This document shows positions 13,678 to 28,389 of a stretch of 64,000 nt of DNA, piece after piece. How positions within the stretch are numbered: the first letter of the stretch is position 1; every line of letters begins with the position of its first letter. The translations under genes were made by a program, and so were the position numbers. A model generated the notes under the pieces. That model searched no databases. It was not told the origin of the DNA and saw only the letters and a list, made by a program, of their open reading frames with translations. Source of the DNA: the human T2T-CHM13v2.0 reference genome, Homo sapiens; assembly GCF_009914755.1 (NCBI RefSeq), contig NC_060932.1. One strand, written 5' to 3'.

Positions 13678-14596
13678 AAGAACCACATCCCAGTGCTGTA
13701 GAAAACTCCAAAAATTTATTTTGCAATTCAAAATATAAAAGTTTGTTAGTAGACATTTAGTTTGTTAGATATTTAAATCTACTAGACAATCTATTATGTA
13801 TTCTGCTCAGAAATGGTTAAGACCTACTGATCTAGAAGACGGATCTCTCTGAGCCATAATTTCTGCTCAAGGCTTGCTAGGGGAGATCCTTCTAACTTGG
13901 CTTTATACACAAGAAGCTAGCTCACAAAAATGTCGGTATTCTAGTAGCTATGCATTTCATTGACCAGACCTGAGATTTGGCCTCTCCATCACTTCCTCTG
14001 CAGGTGATATAGACATCATTTCTGCTGACATCTATGTTGATGCAGTTCTAGAGTCATCTGTGTCCTTATTATCCTGAAAATGAAAATTGATAGCAAAGGC
14101 AGATAATGTCCATTTAGTTCTGGGTGTAAATGTCTTCCTTGCTCTTCCATTGTGCAAGCACTTTATGATTTGAGGGAGTAATCAGGTTATATTCCTTCTG
14201 TTGGCCAGAAGTGCCTGTTGAAGAAAGACTTGGCTCTGTTGGTCTGGAAGCTAACTATGTAGACTGATCCACAGAGGACTCCATATTCATCTTCTTGATA
14301 CTGAGGGCTTCATCTGTGAGTTGTAAGCCTGTAAATCCTCTGTTTCAGTGGTTTCAAAGTTCCAAGAGCAGGAGGAAAATCCAGACTGCCTCTGCTGCTG
14401 TGCAGAGCAATTAGACAGTTTGAGTGCCTCAACTGTTCCTATACAGGCCAGTGGAGTCAGAGCCTTAAAAAGACCCCCTTCTCCCAGTGCTTTCTCAAGT
14501 AAGTACAGCAACCTCAATGTCTTATAGTATCACTACAGCACAATACATGAGTAGTTTTACATTTGAAGTAGGATTAAATTAAAAGTAATACATTCA

Positions 14597-14956
<360 letters not shown>

Positions 14957-15250
14957 TGTATATATAGATATAAATTATATATTAATTCTATATTTTATAT
15001 ATAATATATACTATAATTTATATACTTATAAATTATATAATATACAAATATATATTTATATAAATTATATACCTATAAATTATATATATAATTATATATA
15101 GGTGAATATATACAGATGAATAGTTATATATGTAGATGAATAGATATATAGATGGATAATTATATATAGATGAAAATATATTCACATGTTATATGAATAT
15201 ATAAGTATATATTTATATATAAATTGTAGATACATAAATTATGTGTAAAA
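14957..15250. repeat. AT-rich low-complexity (TA)n-like tract
   Basis: Degenerate TATA repeats read directly. Confidence 0.9.
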
Positions 15251-15624
15251 TTCACATGAAAAACTCTCTCCACCTCATTTTACCCTTTATTCCTTCTCTT
15301 TAAATCTGTTGACCAAAACAAATCACTGTTAACATTTGTTATTTAGGGGTCCAGAAATGTTTTATGTATAACCATAAGCATGCATATATATACATATCAA
15401 CAGCTACATCTAGATGGTCCACTTACTACAGCCCCAGAATGGAAATTTCTTCCTCAAAGCAAACATTAGAGGCATCTTCTGGGAAAAAAAAAAAATCTAT
15501 ATTTATCTCATTCTGTTCTTCATTTAATTAGCATAATCCCTGTTGGATATTTTCCTCACCAAATAAGGAACCTGTAATTAAGTGTTATATTACATGTGCT
15601 TATTTCTCTTCCTGGAAGTCCATT

Positions 15625-16280
<656 letters not shown>

Positions 16281-16523
16281 GGAGATCCTTGCTTTGATGA
16301 TAAATTCATTAAGGACAAGAACCCTGCAGGGTGTTCAATATGCTTCCCAGGTGCCAAATAGTCTCAATACATATTAACAGAAAGTCAGTGTCAACTCACC
16401 TGCACCTCACACAGTAAACTGATTTAGGCATCTCAGATTCCTAAACTCTCTAGGTTAACACCTCATATAGTAATGAAAGTATGATCAGTTCACATGATTG
16501 AAATCCTCTCTAGTTTAATGTAC

Positions 16524-16617
16524 TTGTTGCTTTTCCATGGACTTTGAAAACATGAAGGTCTGTAGCCGTGTTGTTGCTTTTCCATGGACTTGGAAAACAT
16601 GAAGTTGTGTAGCCGTG
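16524..16617. repeat. 47-bp tandem duplication (2 copies)
   Basis: 16524-16570 vs 16571-16617, 3 mismatches. Confidence 0.97.
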
Positions 16618-19600
16618 TGTCTCCAGACTTTTAACAGCCCAGAAATGGTTTCAATGTTCTGCATTAAATAAATCGAGAAGGGTTAGACAAAACAGTGTCT
16701 GAAAGATTTCATGCTGTGAGGGTGATGAGGGTGATGGGTGACATTAATGAATCTGAAATGGTCGTGACTACAAACTTGTTTTTAAAATGTCACTTTCTCT
16801 AAGAGAACAAAAACTTGAAACTCAATGTTCATGAATACAAGAAGGCCTTTTGAAAGAAAGGCCACGGGCACTCTCACTAATACACACTTGGCATTTGGGT
16901 ATATCCCTAAGCTGTGGACTGTGTTTACATATATTCCTCTTTCTTCTCATCACTCTTTAACCAAATTGTTGAGTGTCCAAGATGCCACATGGTCAATGGA
17001 TTATTACCCTGTGGATTCAAATCTGTTACCAATTACTTTAGGGGTTTATTGAGTGGTCCTGCACACCCACTTTCCTTTGTTTTTCTAATTATCGCTGCAC
17101 AGCTAATCCTAGCTCAAAAAATCAATTCCTCTCTCATATCTACTTACATATCCTCTTTAAGCCCCTTCTGTGTTTTTTTGTTTTGTTTTGTTTTGTTTTT
17201 GTTTTATCTCACTTCCATCTATTTCCTGGTTATTTCAGGAAAAGTTCTTTTCACACCACTTTTTAGTGGATTCCATCCTGTCTCTCTTCTTGTGACCATA
17301 AAATAAAATTTGTCATAAACAAATGTAAGAGTCTGGATGTTTCTACAAACATTTAAGTGGCAGGAAGAAGCTAAAGCCATATTTTTCAGTCAAAATGTTA
17401 GCAGAGATTTTCCTGCACTGTGCATGATTTATTTTCTTTCTTTATATTTTTAGATACCTTATAAATTGTCTAAAATCTCAATGAACAACATTTATGGTCA
17501 AATAACATAAAGAAAAATCCTTTATAGCCACTTACTTCCTCAATTGTATAGTGTTTTGACATTCTAACTACACTATCAGTATGGTTTTCTGTTATAACAT
17601 AGTATAGGTATAGATTTTAGCCACATAGTAGGTGAAATAGGCTATGTGTTAATCTAGACTAAGACACAGCCATTATCTATAACATATATTTTATGAGAAT
17701 TTGCATTCCAAGGTAAAAACAACTGTTTGAAAAGTTACCTTTTAAACAAATCCAGTTCATATGGTGCATTACTTTCATTTTCTGAAGATGATTCATATGG
17801 AAGTATTGAGAGGAGAAACATCATAGTTTAAAAAAGGCCAATCAGACTTTGAGGACAAGATCCAAACATTGTGCAACTTTATATCTTAGCAGAGTGCACT
17901 TAGTAGGTGTTCAATAACTCTTTGTTGGATAAATGACTTTATGAGTAAATGAAGAAAACCTCAGAGCTATTGGCTTCCTGTGCCTTGAATTACACTTTTG
18001 AGTGGGACTGCCTTCTGCAAGCCAGTTGAAAAATAGCTATTGGCTCACAGAGTTCACCTTTATTTTGAGGACTCTGTCAAGACACCTTAGTGCATGTTCC
18101 TAGTTATGTGAAAGATAAGCTGCCAATCAGAATCCCAATGGTCTCCTTGTATGTTTCATCTTTAAATGGGGCTGCGCTGTTAGGGACAGGATATATCTTG
18201 GCAGACTACATGGATATGAAAATTTCAAATCTTCCCATAGTCCTCTATCTTTAAGGAAAATCATGGCACTTGTTTTTGAATTTTTTTAATCCATCTTCCA
18301 GATTCCAAAACTAGGAATTCCAAATATTGTTTGGACAGACTGAAAAGAGAACAACCAATAGGAGAAGTGGTACACTATGAGTAGTCAAGGTACCATACAC
18401 ATGGGAAGTGTGAAGGAGACTTACTTAGTATTTTCTTATGTCTCTTTGCCAATATTTGGGAGTTTCACAGAGCATTTCTAGATAATGAGGGATGGAAGTG
18501 AAGAGTAGGACAAGGTATTCAAAGATCTAAGAAGAATGAGAAATCCTCGATTTCCCATATGACAGGATGACTTGGTTACACGAGTAAACTGCTTTTTGTA
18601 TGTGAAACAGGCAGCAATTGGAGGTAGCAAAGGAATACACAGGTAAGCCCTGGAGTCCAATTCCCAAAATTAGTGGTTTTTTCTGATTCCCTAACTGACT
18701 CTATGGTAGGCTCCTGGTCAAAAGATCCATCAGGGCTGCTGGGCCCATGCTGACATTCCATATAGCCATCTTCTTTCTGATTCTCTGTCTTCCAGTGATG
18801 ATCCAGCTCTTTGCAGCAGCAGGATTGTGGCTGGCCAGAAGCACACTTGATTTCAAAATGGATGTGACGGGCAGGTCACCTCCTTTTCTGCAGAAGTGTA
18901 CTTGCATCAACAAATCTTTTTCCTCTCAGGTTTTGAGGAAATGGGATCAAACATTCCAACACAGAGAAATAGGAGGCGTGGGCAGTAGCTCTCCTGGATC
19001 TCTCTCTTTCCTTGAGGAGATCAACTTGTAAAAGATTACAAAATGTACCCTAAGTGGTCCTAGAGCACCCTCCTATCTTCTTTCCCAAGCTTGTCATGTG
19101 GTTGCAGTGGACATGGAAAGTAAACACTGCTATAAACAGAGAATAATAAATTGTAAGAAAGCACCAGAATATCCTTCTTGCTTGAACTTTGAATCATTAG
19201 ATCCAAACATTCCCCCTCTCTCTTCTCAAAGTTCCAAAGTGTTAAAGAGTTTTGTTCTCCGGTATCAGGAGTTGGCCACAAATGCTTTCTCTATAAGTTC
19301 ATAATTCCTGTTGGGAAACTTGGAAAAGAGCTCTCCCCTTCTCATCCAAAGAAGTGATGACTTCTCTTTGTTAGTTTACAACTAACAAAGTCCCATTTCT
19401 GGTTTGAAAGTCAGATGGACCTTGGCTTATATTTATTTAACGAAGACGTGGAATTTCTCTAACAGACTGAAAGTTTATTAGAATAACATCTAGCATTAGG
19501 CCTGGCAAATAGGAGGTCCTCGTTAAGAGATCTGATCAGATTTGACTTCTAATCCCAGATATATGGTGTTTATTCTTTTTGAGCCACTATTTCCTCATCT

Positions 19601-20197
19601 ATAAAATAAGAAATATTCATAACTATTCCATAATATGTATTCTTATATCCTATATAATAAAATAACTAATATAGGAATATAATAAATAACTAGGAATTAT
19701 AAATAATATAAGATTGTAATAAATATCCAAAATCAAGGGCCTCCTTGAATTTGTTATATATTGATTTGTTGATTTTTTGAGGGCAGTAATCACCACGTCT
19801 GTCCAGATCAGCGCGGTGTCCACGCCCCACTCAGCACTGTGCCTTGTCCATAGCAGATGCTCAGTCAATATTTATCTAATCAGTGCTGTTTGTATTCAAA
19901 GAGAATGTTTAACTTCTTACTCTTTCCATTCCCACCTCCCCTTTTTGATCTCATGTCCACTATCGGTGTACTGAGGTCTCCTGGGCTCTGTTTGCAGGAA
20001 TCTAAAAGTAGTTTTTTTACTTTGGTACTGGGACATGTAACTCCACTTTTTAGAGAAAATATTTCATGCTAATTAAAACATCTCAGGGCTGGTCTCCCTG
20101 CACTTCTCACTTTCACACCTACATACTCATACCCCTTTTCTTCTCTTTTTCCTTACTTTGTAATGCTATTAGAGTTGACAGAATACTTGCTGCTTCC

Positions 20198-20388
20198 CCA
20201 GAAAGTCTTAGCCAGGAGTTCATGAAACCCTGTCAGGCCTTGTGAAATGTACAGATGTGTTTCAAATGATCCATAAACCCTGATATTGTATAAAATGTGT
20301 GTGCCATTTTATGGAAAGAGGATGATATGTTTTCTTAACCAAAATCTTTCAGGGTACTTCGGTCCATAAAAGGCTAAGATCCACTCCA
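20198..20388. mobile_element. Probable degenerate hAT-Charlie-type MITE
   Basis: End aaaatctttcagggtacttcggtccataaaaggctaagatccact resembles Charlie-family termini; family uncertain. Confidence 0.4.
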
Positions 20389-20735
20389 CTAATGAGCAAG
20401 ATCTAGTCATTTAGAAAATCCTGCACTCTCTCCTTTGTTACTGCCTCAATTTCCTTAAAAAGCTCTTATAAGATAATAAAGAAGCCCTCTTTACTTCCTA
20501 CAGTTCCACTCCACAGCAATACCAGCTTAAGTGTGTGCCTTCCAGCGTCCATCCCATCTCTCCGTCTGAGGGGTCCCCACTCCTAGTCCACCCAGGCCAG
20601 GAAACCCATAACTCATATGTACCAGAAAACCTCCTTTTTAAATTTCCTCATGCTTCCTGGCACCCTGACCTGACAATGGACTAGTACCTCATATCCACTT
20701 CTACCATGACTTCTGAGAAAGTGGTATTTTTTACC

Positions 20736-21452
20736 ACAGTGAACTTGGTATATGCAGTGTGTGTCAGGGGCACTGGCCTTACTAAAGTAGAGGCCCATTC
20801 TGGAGAATAGTAAGAAATAAGGAGCAATACATTGATGAAATAGAAGGGACATTAAGTGATGGTCACAGACCACTCTTAGGACTGCCATTAACTTCAGATG
20901 TTAAAGAAGTGCTTCAGCTCTCTGTGCTTTGTCTTCTTCTTGACAAGTGAGGATGTTAGGATTATCTGCCATATCATCCAGCTTCAATCTCTATAATTGT
21001 ATAAATCTGGTTGGCAGTGGACTCGTTAGTGCAAAGTCCTAAAGCCTTAAAGATCCGAAGTTTTCTCACTGGGCAAGCAATTTGCGGGATTACGACAGTG
21101 AACTTGGTGTATGCAGTGTGTGTCAGGGACACTGGCCTTACTGAAGTAGAGGCCCATTTTGGAGAATAGTAAGTAGTAAAGAGAAATACACTGATGAGAC
21201 AGAAGGGACATTAACTGATGGTCACAGACCACTCTTAGGACTGCCATTAACTTCAGATGTTAAAGAAGTGCTTCAGCTCTTTGCGCTTTGTCTTCTTCTT
21301 GACCAGTGAGAATGTTAGACGGGATTATCTACCATGTCTTCCAGCTTCAATCTCTATAATTGTATAAATCTGGTTGGCAATGGACTCTTTAGTGCAAAGT
21401 CCTAAAGCCTTCAAGACCCAAACTTTTCTCACTGGGCAAGCAATTTGTGGGA
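20736..21452. repeat. ~359-bp tandem duplication (2 copies, ~93% identical)
   Basis: Units start acagtgaacttggt at 20736 and 21095; manual alignment gives ~26 substitutions plus one 4-bp indel. Confidence 0.98.
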
Positions 21453-21531
21453 AATTAAACAAGTCCAAAATATTGAACAAATGAAGAAAGGGGCCATTTT
21501 AACAGACAGGAATACTTCATATTGTAAAGAT

Positions 21532-21824
21532 GGCCAGGTGTAGTGGTTCACACCTGTACTCCCAGCACTTTGGGAAGTTGAGGCAGGAGGATTGCTTGAG
21601 GCTAGGAGTTTGAGACCAGCCTGAGCAATACAGGGAGACCTCATCTTTGCTAGAACTTTAACAATTAGCTGGGCATGGTGGCATGCACCTGTAGTCCCAG
21701 CTATGCCAGAAGAGAAGGGAGGATTGCTTGAGCACAGGAGTTTGCAACTGCAGTGAGCTATGATCTTGCAACTGTGCTCCATCTTGGGTGACAGAATGGG
21801 ACCTTGTCTCAATTTTTTAAAATA

Positions 21825-21858
<34 letters not shown>

Positions 21859-21917
21859 CTATATATATGTGTGTGTGTATATATATATATATAGAGAGAG
21901 AGAGAGACAGAGAGAGA
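21532..21917 (+). mobile_element. Alu, J-type, with (TA)n/(GA)n tail
   Basis: Dimeric Alu followed by TA/GA/TG microsatellite 21822-21917; TSD gtaaagat on both sides. Confidence 0.93.
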
Positions 21918-23017
21918 GTAAAGATCTCATTTCCTCCACAAATGTTAAAAACATTATTCTGATTTTAAAAAAAGAATGAATTTTTAAAATTTACAAATTT
22001 CTGAAATGGACAAAAATATCCTAGGCCTTCTTCCTCAAAAAATAATAAATAAGAATAATAAGAAATTGCACTGGTATCTGAAAAAGCAACTTAAAGCTAT
22101 AAAAATTAAAATAGCATGTTATGCCATGAAAGAGACAAATGAGATAGATTCAAGTTTCAAAATAACAATTGTTATTATTATGATACAATTATATTAATTT
22201 TGTACCTATAATTTAAATAAAATAATAATAAATAAGAAAAATCACTGAATAAAGGTAATAATTTAAATAATTTAAAATCTTAAAATAATGATTATATGTA
22301 TAATAAAACTGTAAATTTACAATTATAGAGCTATAAACAATTTTATAGTTGTAATATTTTGTAACTAATGAAACATTATATTTTAATGATTTTATTATTG
22401 TTGTAATTAATATAAAGAAGATAAAGAAAAATGGGCAAGGTTTGAATAAGCACACTTTGTCGAAGATATATGGATAGCCAAAAAGCATATAAAATATGAC
22501 CAAAAGCCTCTGGTGTTTAGAGAAATGCAAATTAAAGCTAAAATGAGATTCTTCTAAATACCTATCAGAATGTCTGAGATTAAAATGACTGACTGTAGCA
22601 ACTAGTGGCAGGAATGTGGAGGAACTGAAGTTCTCATACACTGCTGGCAGAAATGTACGATGACACAACCCTTTTGAAAAACATTTTGGCAGCTTCTTAA
22701 CAATTTAAATGTACATATCCCATGTAAGCCAGCCAGTCCACTCCTGGGTATTTACTCAAGAGAAATGAAAGCCTATGTCCATACAAAGACTTGTATGTAA
22801 ATATTTATAACAGCTTTATCTGTAACAGCTAAAAGTTGGAAACCACCCAAATGTCTATCAGCAGGTAAGCGGATAAACAAATTGCGGCATATACAGTGTA
22901 GATAGTGGAATACTACTCAGTAATAAAAAGGAATGAACAATTGACACATGCTACAACATGGATGATGCAAAATAATTACACTAAGTGATAGATGCTAGAC
23001 GAAAAAGAGTACATACT

Positions 23018-23367
<350 letters not shown>

Positions 23368-23543
23368 CTATATAAAAATTTTTCTCTGTTATTCTCTACT
23401 GAGAGGGGATGAGGAGGATTACCAAGGGGCAAGGAGGACCTTTTGGAGGTGATAGATGTGTTTATTACTGGGATTGTGTTGATGGCTTACCAGGTATCTA
23501 TGTAAGTCACAACTCATCATATGGTATACTGTAAATATGTGCA

Positions 23544-23645
23544 GGCTGGGCGTGGTGGCTCATGCCTGTAATACCAGCACTCTGGAAGGCCGAGGTGGGA
23601 GAATTAAGGCCAGGAGTTTGAGACATAGCAAGATCCTGTCTCTAG

Positions 23646-23680
<35 letters not shown>

Positions 23681-23681
23681 A
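23544..23681 (+). mobile_element. FLAM with (TAAA)n tail
   Basis: Single left monomer with small deletions, then TAAA repeat 23646-23681. Confidence 0.85.
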
Positions 23682-24081
23682 TGCACTTTTTTGTATATTG
23701 AGTTATATCTCAATGAAGCTGCTTTTTAAAAAAAAAAAAAACATATAACATAAAAGAGATTAACAGAAGAGATTCAAAAGTCTAGAACACCAAATATTAA
23801 AGGTAGCTTTTCAAATCAGTGAGAAAATAATGATATGACAGAAAATGGCAAATCATCTAGAATTAAATTTCTACTTCATACTATCAGCAATATAAATTGC
23901 AGACTAATCTAAATTAACAATTTAAAAGATAAAAGAAACTATAGAAAAATACACAATTATGTATCTGTTCTTGAATGGAAAAAGATTTTCCAAGCGTAAA
24001 TACAAAGAAAAATTTATATAGTAAAACAATGATTGATTTAATTTGATAATTTTTTTAGAAAGTTTACATCAAAACAAATTA

Positions 24082-24397
<316 letters not shown>

Positions 24398-26639
24398 ATG
24401 GCAAATAGCAAAGGGGATAATATTTGCCACAAATATAAAAGAAAAGGATATATCCTTGCTATATAAAAAGGTCCTATGAAACAGGGACTTAGTTGGATAT
24501 TTCTATTTTTAAAAAGGCAAATCATATAAACAAGTGTTTTACCCACCCATCCCCCCTCAAATAAAGAAAAAAGACAGGGATGGAGAAAGAAGGGGGAAAA
24601 AAAAAAACTGAGTAAAAAAATTCTTTGCAAAAGAGTAAAAAAGAGATTTGTTTCCTCACCTTGATGTTGTCTTTATAAGTTGTTTTATTTTAATCTTTTG
24701 TTTTTCCATATTTTCAGAGTTCCTACAATGGACTTGTAGTACGGTACCTGGGTGATCACAAACATAATCTAGGGAGTAGAAAAGAAGTTCAATGACTCAG
24801 CATAGTGTTAATGGTCTTCCAGATGAAGGAGGGGACATGAACATGTGTCTGTCCCAATAAAGGTTGAGACAAGGTTTGTTGTGCACGTGCGCGTGTGTGT
24901 GTGCGTGTGTATAACAGTGAGGAGACTGTAATTAGCAGGAAAAATTGGGGTTTTGAAAGTAGACCACAGTCTTGTCATTGTACCATGACTCCCCAGGAGG
25001 ACAGAGGACAAGTACCCTACTCCTGTGTAAATCCAGACTGCCAAGTAGAGCACTGAGATTTGATGAGTACTTAAGAAATGCTTGCTTGATTAATTGGTAA
25101 AAGATATTAAAGGGGAAGATTTTATATCACATTCAAACATATGAAGAGAAATGTTAAAAATGTTTAAAGTTCCATTTCCAGTCTCACTTTCCAATTCTTG
25201 GTTCAAAATACAAGGGGTAATTAGACATCGACTGTGTAGTCAACATTATGATCAGGCTATATAAAATCATGAAACATCATCCTAAACTTTAAAGAACTTT
25301 GAGTTTAGCTGGGAAAATATGCTCACAGGAAATAATTATGTAGGAAAAGAAGGCATCAAAAGGGCTTAAAGCAACCAATCACACAGAGTTTCCTTGTTGG
25401 GACCCCCCCCCCCCCGCCGGGCCCCACCCCGTTGATATCCTAAATGTTCTCTTGACATCTTGGATTTACCATAGAGCCTAGTACTGTCTGTAAGGTCCTG
25501 GGCCTGTTCTAATTAGTGCTGAGTATCTGTTGATCTGCTACGTGCAAATGGGAAGATAAAACTAAATGTTAGATTAGGGTCAATCTTTAAAACTCTTTCC
25601 TAGATTGTGATGGTATTCAGTGGTGGTTGACCATCATGGAATTGGGAGATATTTGTGAATGTGGCTGCAGGCTGCATGTCCTTTGTGTCTCTGACTCAAG
25701 ACACACCCATTGATCTCATTTGTCTTCATTTCATCATTGGGCAGAATGCGTTCTAAAATGAAGAGACTAAAACCTTCACAGAAGCACACTCTTTCAACAT
25801 CTAAGGAAAAATTGTTGATGAGAAAACTGTGAGAACATTAGGAGGTCTTTAAATTGCAAGGGGAAAGGTCTGTTGGTGAAAACAGCTGAAATCCTATGGA
25901 TTAAATCAACTTGTAAATAATGTATTCTTAGAGTCTGCAGTGATCTCATAGGCATGTTTAAATGCTGTTTCTTATGACTACAGTTTAAAGTCATGGTATG
26001 GACTTTCAGTTTCATGAGGCTGGCCTGGGGGAAAAGAGCATGAGGTTGAGGTTGATGGTGTTAACTAGAGCAACTGAGCCCCCATACAGACCTTCTGAAC
26101 TTGCTCATTAACGAAGCCACAGGATGGAAATTGTATAGTGTCCTTGACCAGAGCATTAGTTACAAGTTGTGAGAAGAGAAGAAATAAGTAAGAAAGAAAA
26201 TAAATGACTTATAAAAATCCTCAGAAGATATAGTCCCCAACTGTTAGCACAAAGAAAGGATGTAAAATCATGGAGGACAGCAGTGGAGAAGATAACGTTA
26301 GCAGACAATAAAAGGCCAAAGTTTTAGAACAGTAGTAAGTGTTTAAGAATATACATAATATATCTTCCTCCATTTGCTTTTTGTCTTCACCATAAATAGA
26401 CATGAGTTAACGTATGTTTAAAGATTTATTTCCCTTTTATTGAGCTCACCCAACAAAAGTTTTTTTCATCATGTCCTGCTTTTACAAACCAAGATCTAAT
26501 TTGACATGATTACGTAATTGTGTGGCCATTTGTGCCCTTCCTTCTCCTCCTCCTTTCTCTAAAGTAGAAAGCCTCTCTTTCCTAGAGCCTATGTAAAATG
26601 TGTTAATTCGCTTAATAGCAATAATAATTTTCTTATGAC

Positions 26640-27780
26640 AATTTATCTATTCACTAAAGTGTTATTAAGGACCTATTAGTTGGAAGCCTCTGTGCCAGCT
26701 GTTGGGAATAGAAAAATTTATAAGACACTGTCTTTGGAGCTTTCAATCTAGTGGGGGATTCAAACAATTAAAGAGATACTTTTAAAAGACAGTGTAATAA
26801 GTACTCTGGAAGATGTGGCAGACTGCCAGTTGCCTTCCCCAGCATAACATTTTCCCAATATTCATTAGGAAAAGAACCCTTTAATTGTACCCAATTAAAA
26901 TACCGAATCTCCCAGCCTCTTCTGCAGCAGATGTGGCTGTGTGACTAAGTTCTGTCCAATAAGATATAAGTATACATGTTTGGTGAGATTTCCAGGAAGG
27001 ATGCTCAAGTGGGGATGACTAAGTCAGAAGAAAGTTCCTTTTAGCTTTCCTGCATTCCTAGAATTCTGATGCAAAAGCTGGAGCTACAGCAGCAATCCTG
27101 GACTATGAGGTAACCTTGGGAGTACTAGGGAATTGGGATGCTAGTAACTTTCTAGAAGCACCAACTCAGCCCCAGAATGCCTCCTGCTGACTTCTTTTAC
27201 GTGGGAGAGTAAGCATTTGTGCATTTAAGCCACTATAGTTGGATATTTGACCATTGCAGACAAAAATAAGATCAACCGATAGAATGCCATTTATGAAAAA
27301 AAAAAAAAAAAAAAAACCATGGGAGTGGTTCTCCTCTCTGTTATGATAGGGAGAGGTCAGAGATGCTGTCCCTGAAGAAGTGACATTCACACTGAGACTT
27401 AAGGGAGAAATGAGTGAGCAAGGTATAGGAAAGTATTTAAGGAATATCATCTGAAGCTCTGAATTAGAAGCTATCTACAAGATACTAAAAGAAGATCAGC
27501 ATGACAGAAGTACAGGAATTAAGAAGAACATAGTAGGTGACAAGGCTGAAAAATCTCATAGATTCTCCATTTTGCAGAGACTTATAGATCATCTTCAAGA
27601 TAGTAATAGCTGCAGAGCAGAAGGCTAGAGCAGAGAAAGAACTTTGAGAGATACCAATATAGACATGGTTTCTAAAGTCTTAGGAGACAATAAGATTACC
27701 CAGGAAGAGTATTTAAAGTCAGGAGAGGGCCAAAGACAGAACCTTGAGATCCAACACTTAAAGATCAAGAAGAAGAGAGT
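26640..27780 (-). mobile_element. L2 fragment interrupted by MLT1
   Basis: tttatctattcactaaagtgttattaaggacctat...ggagctttcaatctagtggggga; resumes gtccctgaagaagtgacattcacactgagactt. Confidence 0.7.
26814..27275 (+). mobile_element. MLT1 (MaLR) LTR, MLT1I/J-like
   Basis: tgtggcagac start; ggctgtgtgactaagttctgtccaataagat; gctggagctacagcagcaatcctggactatgagg; tttaagccacta. Confidence 0.75.
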
Positions 27781-28389
27781 TTCCTATCTTCTGTTTCTTA
27801 AAAAATAAATAAATAAATAAAGCATATCAGCATAATTCAGAGTCACAAATTCTAAGAAATCATGGGGCAGAGGGCAGGGGTGAGGTAGGGTTTGTTTTGT
27901 TTTGTTTTGTTTTGTTTGTAGATAACCAAAGGAAGAAACGATTGATGCAAGATTTCAGGGAGGGTGAATAGCCCTCCTTGTAGCTTTGCCCTGCTAGAGA
28001 GATGGTGGGTGGACAATTACTATAATATTTACAAACAGGATAAGTCTACGTCAGCCCCTAACATTCTCAGTTTCGTTATTTGTAAAATGGCGTAATGATA
28101 CTTATCTTTTAGAGTTGTTTGAAGAGTACATAAGAGACGGAAAAGGATTTTTAATTAGATAAGGAAAGCATAATCACCTATCTTTGATTCATTCACCCTT
28201 TTAAACTGATTAAAGCTTAGAAAATAATCACATATGCAGATTGATCTTAGTTTGTCCACCTCTTGACAATCAGTTAGTAGTATATATGTATTTTTTTATT
28301 TTTAAGAATTTTTATATCCCCATGCATTGACTAATCTTGCCCCATCATAGATAAGACTAGAACAAAATATTGCTTTGAGAAGTCCTTGA

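Noticed and set aside
16524-16617. Direct repeats considered as a CRISPR-like array
   Set aside because: Only two abutting copies, no spacers, no cas genes, eukaryotic context
18576-19304. Group of short ORFs considered as a processed pseudogene
   Set aside because: No recognisable protein similarity in any frame I translated, and no tail or TSD
20613-21247. Two paralogous minus-strand ORFs starting MAVLRVVCDH
   Set aside because: A by-product of the 359-bp DNA duplication; no recognisable domain or other coding evidence
22200-22420. Very AT-rich stretch under a 151-aa minus ORF
   Set aside because: Low-complexity sequence within old L1 fragments; the ORF is antisense to L1
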